From the NCBI RefSeq assembly GCF_963921235.1, contig NC_086109.1:16556001-16620000 (forward strand): a stretch of DNA of 64,000 nt, written 5' to 3'. Position numbers and translations under genes: made by a program. Below the pieces are notes generated by a model that saw nothing but the letters and a program-made list of their open reading frames with translations, was not told the DNA's origin and did no database searches. Positions 11,452 to 23,663 of this stretch are shown piece after piece; position 1 is the stretch's first letter, and each line of letters begins with the position of its first letter. Origin of the DNA: Mobula hypostoma (lineage: Eukaryota).

Positions 11452-13289
11452 GTAAAGTGAGGAGTGGGAGACTGGGCTGCAAGGAAATAGGGTTTGCTTG
11501 CGCACAATAAGGCATTGTGTTGGAACGTTGGAGAAGCAGGTACCGGAACAAAAGTGGGTCAAAGGCTCTAATCTGAAAGGGTTGAAGATCAGAAGTAGGC
11601 AAAGCAAATCTCAGCCGTGTTTATAACTGTTTTCTGAGGCCAGAGATTAGGTTAGAGCCTTAAACTTGCTTCTAAGTATCTGCTATTCTTCTATAATATA
11701 TACTGTTTGCAGTTGAGATATTGATGTCCTTTTGAATTTTGCTTGGGATTGCTGGAGTAGCATATTTGCAAGAGGGGATTTGATATCCTTTGTGCAGAAT
11801 ATTATGCAGCAAGAATATGGTGTAAATTCCAGACAGCTGTTTACACAGTATATATTATAACTAGGCCACACTGACTGTGACATTACAGGGACAGTGTGTG
11901 CCACAGAATTCAACCAAGCTGTAATGCTTTGAATGTACATCAATACCACATTCCTCAGTTTTATATACACTCGTGCTTGTGGCTGAATCATCATTTTCAT
12001 GCAATGGGGACTTGCTGTTCCTAGCATTCTGTGATACATCCACTTGTGCTTCATGTACCTCAGAGTCATACTATGTCTGAAAGAAATGGGGGTGGTTGAG
12101 AGGGTAGGCACCTTCTCTTTGAATTCCTTTCATACCTGGGGCGCAGACTACAGTATGTCCATGTCCTAAGTGTCTGTAGTTATAGAAAAGTGTGTGTGTG
12201 TGAGTGTGTTCACATGTGTGCGGTGCGTGCACATGTCTATGTGACGTGCACTCGTATATGTACACAACAAGGTGAGGAATAGTATACTGGAAAATAGGGT
12301 ATCTACCACTTGTCTATCAATCAATCATCTATCAATTATCATTATCAGGCAGTCAAAGGTTATCAGAGGGTTCTGGAAATGCTGAGAAAATCAGGCAGCA
12401 TCTTTGCAAGACAGGCACAATTAACATTTCAAGTCAAAGGTTTTCATTGGAACTGCTATCTGACCTACTGAGTGTTTCCAGCACTCTCTTTTTATTTCAG
12501 ATTTCCAACATCTGCAGTTTTTTGTAAATTTCTGTTCAAGGATGGAACTCAATGCAGAACACAGTTCCCTCCCATTTCCCCCCACAATTTTCCTCAGGTC
12601 ATGCCATAAAAGGACCATTCAACCCCCCCACCACCACAATTAACTCTCAATAATATACTATAGAAGGAGGCCAATCGGCCCATCTTGCCCGTACCCCTCT
12701 AAAATTTCCCATATCATTCCACAGCTATTCTAAGTGGGAGATCACCAGATTTACAGTGATATTATGCAGAGGCCTGGATATTTTTTTTAAATTCTGGGGT
12801 TAATGGATGGAGGAAAGAATAAGGAAAGCTGTAGCATTTGCAGCTTCTCCTTTTCCCTCTTCATAAGGGAAGGATTTTATGCAACTCCTTATATTTCAAA
12901 ACAGCACTTCTGAGATTAAATTGAGAAATGAATCATTTGCTAGCGGAACAACTATCTTCAATTTTCAAAAATATTCTGGATTGAAGCCAAGCCTCTGATT
13001 GGGATCACGGGTTGGAGCTGCGTCTCTGTCAAATACTCTGCGACTCTGCTGTTTGACTGTACCGAATCACTCGCCTCTTTGAGCAGGGCATCTGAACCTT
13101 CTGAGGAAGTACGTCTCTGCCCTGCAATAACCCAGCAGGGTTGTTGCAGCACCAGATTTGCAGGGTTTACCAGCTTTGACCTGCAGAAGTGGCAAGCATT
13201 TGGTTTCTTAGACCTTTGCTAATTAAAGTGGGAGAAGTAATGCCTACCATATGTAAAAAATTTGACAGGATTGTGGGGGCATTGTGACA

Positions 13290-13930
13290 TTAGAGTTATC
13301 GGGTACAATAGGACCAGGCCTATTGGGCCATTTGGTTCTTGCCGATCAAGATGCCCATCTCAGTTAGTCTCGTTTGCCTATATTTGACCCATATCCCTCT
13401 AAACATCCTTCCCTGACCTATACACTCACCTCCCAGGAGTTTACAACACATATTCTTAGCATTATTTCTTTTATTTGCTCAGTTTGTCTTTTTTTGCGCA
13501 TTGGTTGTTTGTCGGTCTCTGTTTATGCCTGTGTTTTTAGTAGATTCTATCATATTTCTTTATTTTTCCCGTAAATGCCTGCAAGGAAATGAATCTCAAA
13601 GTAGTATATGATATGGTAACATATATGTACTTTGATAATAAATTTAAGTTGCACTTTTAAACATTTCCTATCTATGTACCTCTCTAAGTGTCTTTTAAGT
13701 GTTGTTATTGTATCACTTCCTCTGGCAGCCGTTTCCATTTACAGACCGTTGTCTCCGGAAAAATTTGTTCCCCAGGTTCCTATTAAATTATTACCCTGTC
13801 TACTTAAAGCTATGCCCTCTAGTTCTCTATGCCCCACCATGAGAAAGATTGTGTGTATTCACCCTCTCTATACCCCTTATGTTTTTTTGTACACTTCTAT
13901 TAGATCATCCTTCAGTTTCCCACACTCCCA
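13290..13930 (-). mobile_element. CR1 3' fragment interrupted by a + strand LINE tail (~13420-13660)
   Basis: Minus-strand TITTLKRHLERYIDRK; the inserted tail ends TACTTTGATAATAAATTT. Confidence 0.65.
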
Positions 13931-14619
13931 TTTCCTTCCTGACAGCTTATTCCTGTTTAATCACTCAGTGCCAATGAAGTCTGGCAAATAGTTTTGACAA
14001 TTATCATATCTTAAGGACCATGAGCTACCTGTTCTGAGGTTAAAGGCCGCGTGAGTTCTTTGTTCTTCTCAGACTGCATCTCAACCAACACATTCTGGAT
14101 GATATGCGAAGATAAGGCAGAGGTTGATAGATTTTGGATTGGTCAGGGCATAAGGGGATATGGGGAGAAGGCAGGAGACTGGGGCAGAGAGGGAAATTGG
14201 ATCAGCCATGATGAAATAGCAGAGCAGACTCGATGGGCCAAAGGGTCTAATTCAGCTCCTATACCATATGGTCTTACGATTAGATGGTGTACACTATTTA
14301 TTGAAAATGGATAGAACAACGTAATTGAGATAAAAACAACCCCAAGCTCAAGATTTCAATTAATGTGCTGATAATTGTCTTCTGCATTGAAATATGATTT
14401 ATACCCACAAGAGGAGCACAATTACACTGTTAGTGTGAGGCTTTGATGTCATGGCAAAGATGTTTGGCCTCTGATCATTCACAGTTCAGGTCACTGAACA
14501 TGAATTCGAGGCCTCAGCTGAGGGAATGTGGTTACAGGATAAAGTGGCTGTCATTTAAAACTGTGGTGTGTAGGAATTCCATGTAGAGGGTGGTGTCTGG
14601 AACCCTCCAGTGTGAAAGG

Positions 14620-14905
14620 TTTTATTTATTTATTTATTGGGATACAGTGTGGAATAGGCCCTTCCGGCCCACCAAGCCACACCACCCAGCAATCGCCGAT
14701 TTAATCCTCGCCTAATCACGGGGCAATTTGCAATTATCCTTCTAGCTGGTATGTCTTTGGACTGTGGGATGAAACCAGAGCACCCGGAGGAAATCCACAC
14801 GGTATTGAGGAGAACATACAAATTCCTTACAGGCAGCGGCTGGAATTGAACCTGGGTCGCTGGTACTGTAAGATACTGTGCTAACCACTACACTACTGTG
14901 CCAGG
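14620..14905 (-). mobile_element. tRNA-derived SINE
   Basis: Minus-strand head GGCACAGTAGTGTAGTGGTTAGCAC..GACCCAGGTTCAATTCC (A/B boxes) and (TAAA)n tail. Confidence 0.8.
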
Positions 14906-15496
14906 TTGTGAAGGTTAGATTGCTAGAGATGCTTCAAGGGGTGGGGGTAGATAGATTTTGGAAAGTCAGTAAATTCTGGGCTCTGGAATTGAGACCTGGA
15001 GAAGGTCACCCACGGTCATATTAAATGGTGGGCCAGACTTGAATGGCCAAGTGTATGCTCCTTCAGCTATTTCGTTGGGCTTTTGTGTTCTCTATATATT
15101 GTATACTGTCCGCACAGCCTTGAATTGTCAGCTCATTAGGAAGTAAAATGTGCGAGCAATGCGAGACTGACTAATGAAGTACAGCCTATGATCTCACAGC
15201 TTGCTCCTACATAATGTAGAGCTGACAACAAGGAAGGGACCTCTGTGACCCCACAGGTGCATCCTGGAAAATCTGTACAACGCAGAACCCCTTAGAGAGA
15301 GCAAGGAGCAGGGTAGCTAGTGTTGGAATCCCTGGGGCTAACCAATAGCAAACTGAAATGCAGAATCCCAGGAGCAGATTAGAGTGCACCAGGCAGGCTG
15401 AACCTCTGGGATGAAGTAAAAGTAAGGGCCTCATGAATGAAACAGAAGTGTTAGACTTTTAGAAATTCATGAGAACATATAACAATGAGCTAACTA

Positions 15497-16021
15497 CGAG
15501 GAGTGAGTGATAAGTTCATGGCCTAAGGTAGAAGGAGTCAGTTTTAGAAAAGCTAGCACATTTATTTTTCAACATAGTCCCCTCCTACATTTACACACTT
15601 AGTCCAGCGGTCGTGGAGCATACGGATCCCTTCTTTGTAGAAGTCGGCGTCTTGGACCTCCAGAAAGTGGTCCACAGCAGGGGTGATTGATAAGTTTGTG
15701 GCCTAAGGTAGAAGGAGATGAGTTATACAGCTCTTGTTACACGCACGTGCAGTTCAACTCTTTGAGTGATAATGCAGAAAGCTTGAAGTTAATAACTCAT
15801 CTCCTTCTACCTTAGGCCACGAACTTATCAATCACCCCTGCTCTGGACCACCTTCTGGAGGTCCAAGACTCTGACTGCTACAAAGAAGGGATCCGTGTGC
15901 TCCACGACCGCTGGACTAAGTGTGTAAATGTAGGAGGGGACTATGTTGAAAAATAAATGTGCTAGGTTTTCTAAAACTGACTCCTTCTACCTTAGGCCAC
16001 GAACTTATCAACCACCCCTCG
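15497..16021. mobile_element. Palindromic mariner-derived MITE with TA target duplication
   Basis: TA at 15495-96 and 16022-23; ~230-bp inverted arms, each with the transposase C-terminus YKEGIRVLHDRWTKCVNVGGDYVEK* (15879-15956 on +). Confidence 0.92.
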
Positions 16022-16049
16022 TATAACAGAGTTCCACCGGGGTTCGTCA

Positions 16050-16930
16050 GGAGTATTGAGAAACAGAAGGACCTCAGAGTAAACGTCCATTGAACCATAA
16101 ACATGGCAGCGCAGGTAGGCAAGGAAGGTATAGAGGATACTGGCCTTCCTTAGACAAGACATTGGACAGAGAATTAGGAGGGGTTATGCTTGCTCTTTAT
16201 AAAACCTTGATCGGACCTCAGCTGGAGTACTGTGTACAGCTGTATTCACCATGTATAGAAAGGTTGTTACGATGCTGGAGAGGCTGCAGAGGAAATTCAC
16301 CGAGATGTTGCCTGGGTTGGAGCAGTTTAGTTATGAGGGGAGATTTGGAGACACTAGGACTTTTCTCTCTGGAATAGACGAGGCTAAGTGGGTGCATGAC
16401 TGAGGTCTATAAAATCGCGATGGGTATAGATGGTGCAGACTGCAGAAAACTTTTCTGCATATGAGTTGTAGATAGACTTTGGTTTAGCATGGGGGGGAGA
16501 GATTTAAAGGGGATATAAGGCAGACTTTCTTCACCCAAAGAGTGTTAAGTATAGGTAGTTCTGCTGTAACATAATTGTTGCATTCCCAAGAACCCTTGTT
16601 TCAAAAGTTCACATTATACGAGAGTAGTCTGCTGTGGTTGCCTTCAAAGCACAGATTTTCCCAGTCATAGTTGTTCCATAAACTAACGCAGCCTACATAG
16701 TGCAAATAGTGTTCCTTAATCCATCAGGTGCAATACAACAGATTTGTGTTATACAAAGATATTATAGCAAAACCACCTGTACCTGGAACTTGCTGTCTGA
16801 ATGAATGGCTGAAACTGTGTCGCTTCAGCGTTAACGACAGGTAGCTGATTTGCTTAGGGATAGGGTGACCAAGTGCTGGAAGGGTGCCCACTGGTCAGCA
16901 TTGACAAATTGGGCTGAATGGACTGTTTCC
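16050..16930 (+). mobile_element. Old CR1 fragment
   Basis: ORF 16090..16377 LALYKTLIGPQLEYCVQLYSP...LGLFSLE; continues after the MITE at 16552-16779. Confidence 0.8.
16552..16779. mobile_element. Tigger/pogo-like MITE inserted in CR1
   Basis: TA-flanked imperfect TIRs TAGGTAGTTCTGCTGTAAC / ATTATAGCAAAACCACCTG. Confidence 0.65.
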
Positions 16931-18019
16931 CTATTGCAGGCTTCATATCTCGAAGTGGCCTGAAGGTTTCAGATCTTAATGAAGCACAGCAGGAGACCAG
17001 ACTGCATCTTATTTATTTTACTTCGGCAATGAGAATGAAACTGACATCCTGGAACGAGAACGCAGGGATAGGTCTTGAGCTGTCCACTATTCAACATAAT
17101 TATAACTGATTCTTGCCTCTTCTTATTCACTAAATACCCCAAAATCCACCAGTTCAACCTTGAATTCATCTGCACCTGAGTATTCTCTGCTGCAAAGAAT
17201 TCCAAAGTTAAAATCATTCTGCATCTAGTATGGATCCAGTATTTACAACCACATTGGTGCCACTAATGGACGTCTGAGAATAACACACATCTCCAGGAAA
17301 GGGCAGGACATTTCGTAAATACATAGGAACTGGCCAGTTAAGAAAAGTTCTGGTGAAGAGTGGGCTCAATTCAGAGACAGAAGGGAGGAGGTAGACACGC
17401 CCAATCACCTGACAATAAGACCTTTACTGTGCCACTTAAGTCACTCAACACTGCAAAACAGTGATAAAGTCCTTACAGACAATCATAAAGAGAATTGCTT
17501 AATTCCTGACCTTAGGTAGGACAGTCATTAGGAGAAGTTATTCACCATTAAAAGAGTACCACTGATCAAGAATTTACTTTCAGAAATCTTAAACCAGCCT
17601 GAATGAGATTTGAATTGAACCTGCTTCTAATTGGACCTCATTTTGGTAGAATTTAGCAGTATCTGAATTCTAAGATTCTTGATCATGCAAAGCTCAAAGC
17701 TGTAAGTTGGTGGTGAGGCTTAAGATTGAAGGATGGATTTGGAATTAAATTAAGGAGTTCCCGTTTTCGACACAATTGCAGATTCAATCCAGTTTTGTTC
17801 ATGTCTAACACTGCTCATAATTACCAGCTGTATTGATGATTATCTCCATCAGAGTCTTCGGGTTCAGATCGCAAGGTGTTTTGCCCAAGATGGAAAGGTT
17901 ATTCTGTGGAACTTTACTGAGTACATTCTATCCTGCCAGTTGAGGATGTCCGTTCTGTTGTAAGCAGTCAGCACTGGGATACTCAGGTTTAGTCTGTAAC
18001 CAACCCTTTGACTCCAATG

Positions 18020-18375
18020 GGACCATAAGACAGAATTAGGCCATTCAGCCCATTGAGTTTGCTCCACCATTCATATATGGCTAATTTATTATCCTTCTCA
18101 ACCCCATTCTCTCTTCTTTTAACTTATGACACCCTTACTAATCAAGAACCTATCAACCACCATTTTAAATATACCCAATGACTTGGCCTCCACAGACATC
18201 TGTGGCAATGAATTCCACAGATTCACCATCCTCTAGCTAAAGAAGTTTCTCCTCATCTTTGTTCTAAAGGGACGTCCTTGTATTCTGAGGCTCTGCCCTT
18301 TGATCCCAGACTCTCCCACAATTGGAAACATTTTCTCCACATTCACTCTATCTCAGCCTTTCAATATTCATTGGG
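18020..18375 (-). mobile_element. CR1 3' end
   Basis: Tail ACCATAAGACAGAATTAGGCCATTCAGCCC and the complement of the NFFSQRMVNLWNSLP region. Confidence 0.8.
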
Positions 18376-19209
18376 TTAACCAGTTTCCCTAGGGATCAAT
18401 AAATTATGTCTGTGACTATGACTATGTTTCAATTGCACCTTCCAATCACTGACTATAATCTGGGGATGTGGGTGGGGAGATCGGCAGCACACTTGAAAAG
18501 TTGCTTTGGCTTTTGCTCTGATTGACCACTGCAGAACACACAATCCGGATGTCTCCAACTCCACCATCCATAGGCACTTTCTACTTCTCCAACAGTCCAG
18601 CCTGACTTGAGGAACTGGACTAGGAAACACTCTCTACATCTGATAATCATCCGATCAGAAGCATCTTTTTTGGACTTGTGTCTCTATCCAACTTTGATCC
18701 TCTGACCTTCCAGCAGATTAACAAGAAGTAGTGAATTTCAGTACAATGACTCTACATGGATGCACCCTCCTTCATTCTTTCTGAGTCACTTTCCTCCACT
18801 TAGACAGCTCTCTGCTGGTAAGTGTATAAGAGGACAGGATGTGCTAGGATTGACTGTCCTAGAACCGGCCACATTTTTATTAGCACTTTGTATCCACTCC
18901 AACAGTCCAGCCTGACTTGGAACAGTTAGCTTAGGAAGCATTCCCCTCAGCTGATCAACTGACCAAAAGCATCCTTTTGGACTCGTGTCTGCATCCAACC
19001 TTGTGTTTTAAAGCACAACATCCCAATGTGACTGAGTTTGTAACACCACTGAGTATCCTTTTTTTTTCGACTGGATGCCTTAATACCGCTGAATAATTGT
19101 GTGTTACAGCACTGAATGTCCCATTGCTGAATAGTTGTGTAACAGTACCAAATTTTTCAGAACTGACTGTGTGTTTAACAGGAATGAGTATCCCAAGCAA
19201 TAAACAAAC

Positions 19210-20092
19210 ACATCTTTCCCTCCCCCCCCTCTCTGCTTTCCACAGGGATCGCTCCCTACGCGACTCCCTTGTCCATTTGTCCCCCCCCCCATCCCTCCCC
19301 ACTGATCTCCCTCCTGGCACTTATCCTTGTAAGCGGAGCAAGTGCTACACATGCCCTTACACTTCCTCCCTTACCACCATTCAGGGCCCCAGACAGTCCT
19401 CCCAGGTGAGGCAACACTTCATCTGTGAGTCGGCTGGGGTGATATACTGCGTCCGGTGCTCCCGATGTGGCCTTTTATATATTGGCGAGACCCGACGCAG
19501 ACTGGGAGACCGCTTTGCTGAACACCTATGCTCTGTCTGCCAGAGAAAGCAGGATCTCCCAATGGCCACACATTTTAATTCCACATCCCATTCCCATTCT
19601 GACATGTCTATCCACGGCCTCCTCTACTGTAAAGATGAAGCCACACTCAGGTTGGAGGAACAACACCTTATATTCCGTCTGGGTAGCCTCCAACCTGATG
19701 GCATGAACATCGACTTCTCTAACTTCCGCCCCACCTCCCCCTCGTACCCCATCCGTTGTTTATTTTTATACTCACATTCTTTCTCTCACTCTCCTTTTTC
19801 CCATCCTCTGGGTCCCCCCCTCCCCGCCTTTGTCTTTCTCCCTGGGCCTCCTGTCCCATGATCCTCTCATATTCCCTTTGCCAATCACCTGTCCAGCTCT
19901 TGGCTCCATCCCTCCCCCTCCTGTCTTCTCCTATCATTTTGGTTCTTCCCCTCCCCCTCCCACTTACAAATCTCTTACTAACTCTTCCTTCAGTTAGTCC
20001 TGATGAAGGGTCTCGGCCTGAAACGTTGACTGTACCTCTTCCTAGAGATGCTGCCTGGCCTGCTGCGTTCACCAGCAACTTTGATGTGTGTT
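19210..20092 (+). mobile_element. Penelope-like retroelement 3' part encoding a GIY-YIG endonuclease
   Basis: ORF 19097..19861: PCKRSKCYTC..GVIYCVRCSRCGLLYIGETRRRLGDRFAEH..HF..RLEEQHLIFRLGSLQPDGMN; flanking duplication GCAAT(A/G)AACAAAC at 19197-19209 / 20093-20105. Confidence 0.92.
19995..20032 (+). ncRNA. Minimal type I hammerhead ribozyme motif in the Penelope tail
   Basis: TAGTC-CTGATGA-AGG(GTCTCGG)CCT-GAAAC-GTT-GACTG: stem I, conserved core, stem II and loopless palindromic stem III. Confidence 0.7.
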
Positions 20093-20628
20093 GCAATGAA
20101 CAAACTGTTGGATTAACTCGATGGGTCAAATGGCATCTGTGGGGGGGGGGGTGGAGGAATTGGCAATATATCAGGTCGATACCTGAAGCATCAACAATTC
20201 CGTTTCCTCCCCCCAGCCCCACCCACAAACACTGCTCAACTCCTTGAATTTCTCCAACAGATTGCAAACGCAAGCAGTAATTGCAAGATTAAGTGGCCCA
20301 GTGATGACTGGGGATATCGTAGGACTGATATCACATTACTAACAAAGTGAATGTCAGAACTGACTGTCCATTTGCACTGACATTTTGTACTAGCCAATAA
20401 GGAAGGTTATGTTTCTCCAGTACAGTACTAGAAAATACTTCAATCCGAGAAATTAGAAGTTTAATGAATGGGGGCATGCCAGTCAGTAAGAAAAACTAGG
20501 CTCTATGTCTAGTTAGATTTAATTCTATATTTGTGAAAGAATATGAGGACCCCAACAAAAAGCAATGTGATTTACTTATCCTTTGCTGAGAAACTAGAAA
20601 TTGCTCTTTCGGTCCGACTTGTAGAAGC

Positions 20629-20631
<3 letters not shown>

Positions 20632-20659
<28 letters not shown>
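20632..20659. repeat. (TG)n microsatellite
   Basis: Direct inspection. Confidence 0.95.
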
Positions 20660-20669
<10 letters not shown>

Positions 20670-21769
20670 AAACTCAAATCCATTCTGAAATGCAGGAGGT
20701 GGCTGCATGCTATCTAACACCATCAGTGAAATGCAAGTGAGGGGGCATGTTGTAGCTCTGTGCTAGAGCATGGCAGCGCTTGACCATGAAATGATGCCAA
20801 TATTTTGTAAGATGCTTTCGCAACAAGGGCAGTCACTGCACTCATTCCTCATTTCCACTCTCATTCATGTACGGCCTTCATCAGCATGTTCTGGACTTGT
20901 AAGTTCACTACTCTTGGCTGAAGTGCTTCTATTTGCAAATGGAATGAACAAATTGTAAAAGGGATTAAAACAAGTGCTGCCAATTAAAGGGACAGTGCAT
21001 CCTTTCGACAAGCTACAAATAGCAGGCATTTATTGTAACTTTTAAAAGGATATGTTTTTTGAATTTTTGGGACGTTATTTCTAAAACCTTGACATGCTTA
21101 CGAAATTTTAGAGTTAATCACTTTGCTTCCGTGTCTAAAAAATGAATGGTGGTTTATTCGTTAGTTCATTCATTAAAAATAGTAAATCTTGACATTATTT
21201 TGCAAGTAATATGCTTGCTGTCCAGACTAGAAGGGAATAAAATAATTTGTATCGATAAAGGAATTCATGTTCTTGATTCAGCCTGTGTGGAGCTTTAGAA
21301 AGGATGATGCCTCTTTAAACAAAACTGTTTATAGATCTCCCTCTTGTGTGCAGTGTGGTGATGCAGTGATGGCTCTGGACAGCCAGGTGTCAGGTTGGAT
21401 GACACTCTGTTTCCCCCGAAGTAACCTCACACAATGCGAGACCAGTGGGACGCACTGTGAGTGTGCCTCACACACTGACGAAGACTTTGCTCTGTGAATC
21501 AGTACGATTCCAATGGCTTTTGCTGCTACTTGGAACTTCCCTACTTCTGATTATTCACAATGCAAGGTCTTATTTTTCTTCTTCTTGCCAGTTCAGTTCA
21601 CTCTTGCAGGGCAACTCGCAGTCTTCTCTCAGGAACATCTGGTAAGGTTACCGTTCTCCAGTGTCTCGGAGAAGATTGTTAGAATCCTCTGTGGCAGGAC
21701 TGGGGAAATCATAAGAACAGTAAAAAAAATATACGTAGTGGGACCTTTTCATTTTCTTTCTGTATTTTC

Positions 21770-22160
21770 ATTTACAGAACATTACAGCACAGGACAGGCT
21801 CTTTGACGTATTGTGTTACCACAACCAGCAGTGCACTCCAGGCCACCACCTCTCTGTGTAAAATAACTTGCCTCGCACATCTCCTTTGTACTTTCCTACT
21901 CTCACCTTAAATACATGCCCCCTAGTATGAGACATTTCATAGAACATAGAACACTACAGCACAATACAGGCCCTTCAGCCCACGATCTTGTGCCAGCTTT
22001 TTACCCTACTCTAAGATCAAGCTAACCCTTCTCTCCTAAACGCCCTCCATTCTTTCTGTCATCTACGTGCCTATCTAAGAGTTTCTTAAGTGCCACTAAT
22101 GTATCTGCCTCTACCACCACCCCTGGCAGGGCATTCCACGTACCCACCGCTCTCTGTGTC
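21770..22160 (-). mobile_element. Two CR1 3' fragments
   Basis: (ATAGAAC)n tail at ~21938; ORF 22022..22207 TQRAVGTWNALPGVVVEA. Confidence 0.75.
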
Positions 22161-22956
22161 AAATCCTGGAGAAAAAAATATTGCCTGTCTCTCTCAATCC
22201 ATAGCATAATTTAATTCATTTCTATCAAACCTGCTCTCTTATCTTCTATAATTTGTTTACCTTTCATAGAATTAATTAAACTAAGGCAATGAATATGCTT
22301 GATTACCTGAACATCAGAAGGAACAATGTCCAATTTGCCGTGGGTAAGCAGCACATGGGCCAGTGGCGAGGGGAGCTGATATGATGAAATCTCCATTGTA
22401 CAAGTCTAGATCTGGCAACCCAAGCCTGGGGATATCATTCTCTGGCTGATAATCTATGCTGTTTGGCTGCAACAACCTCCCCATTATGCAGAAAGAGAAT
22501 CCATACCCACACACACAAAACAACTGAACAATCATCGAACACACAATAGAGCTTGTCACAAGACACATCTCAGTAGAAGGGTCAACCAGCCCAGATTAAC
22601 AACAAAGCCCTTGAAGCCAGATACTACAGATCTCGTCTGATGGAACTCTGGATTAAGCTGTTCTCCAATTAATACTGCTGTTCTATCTCCTTACACCTGT
22701 ACCTACTGGACAGTTTGTGGTTTACCTCAGAATATCTATTGGCAATCCTAATCCAATCATGCTCAGTTAAAGCAACAAATTCCATCCAGGATTCAACTCC
22801 CTGATTTTTTTTTTGGATTCTCTGAGCTTGGTAAATCTAAATTAACTCTTTCCTGTTTGGTCTCATGACCATTTTCTATTTAGGGCTCCTACCTCCGGAC
22901 ATTTGAGCACAACATCTAAATTGATACTGCCTTAGGGCACAGCTGGAGGGCCCAAC

Positions 22957-23142
22957 TATGTAAATTATGCCAGGAAATAAATCCAGGACCCTGAGCCAAT
23001 AGGCTGGTCCTGGGCTTATTTCCTGGCATAATTTACATATTACTATTTAACTATTTATGGTTTCATTACTATTTATTATTTATGGAGCAACTGTAACGAA
23101 AATCCAATTTCCCCCGGGGTCAATAAAGTATGACCATGACTA
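22957..23142 (+). mobile_element. Short LINE 3' end (Rex1/RTE-like) with a 5' fold-back hairpin
   Basis: Ends CAATAAAGTATGACCATGACTAT; 34-bp inverted repeat 22957-22990 / 23006-23039. Confidence 0.65.
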
Positions 23143-23663
23143 TCAAAGACATTTCCAATTTGGTGTGAAATGGAGACCCTCTTCTGCCTTCCCAGCTGGA
23201 CATGAGCTCCACTCAGATTTAGGGCAGGGATTTTCTCCTGCCTTCCAGTCCAATAGTAATCCTAGAGGCAAGGACAGCAATTCAGATAATCTGTCTTTTA
23301 TCATGCTGTTGTTTGTGCTATGGGCTAATTGGCTGGCATTCATTTTACACTGTAACAACACCCTTAAATAAAGCTGCCAAAATCATCATCAAAGTATCTG
23401 CTTTTACTCAATTTAGAACATAGAACAGTACGGCATAGTACAGACCCTTTGGCCCACAATGTTATAGCAGCCTTTTAACCTACCTCAAAATCAATCTAAT
23501 GCTTTCCTTCCCCCACCTCCATTTTTCTTTCATCCACGTCCCTGTTCAAATTTCCCTTAAAAGTTGTTAAGAGCCATCAGTACATCCCAGGATTAGTGTC
23601 ATTTTGAATTCAATTACAGTGATTCAATTCTGCTGTTTCTCTTTTTTTTTCCCTGCCTCTCAG

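Noticed and set aside
13087..13108. CAG|...|GTACGT candidate 22-nt exon
   Set aside because: Not frame-preserving, weak pyrimidine tract, no other support.
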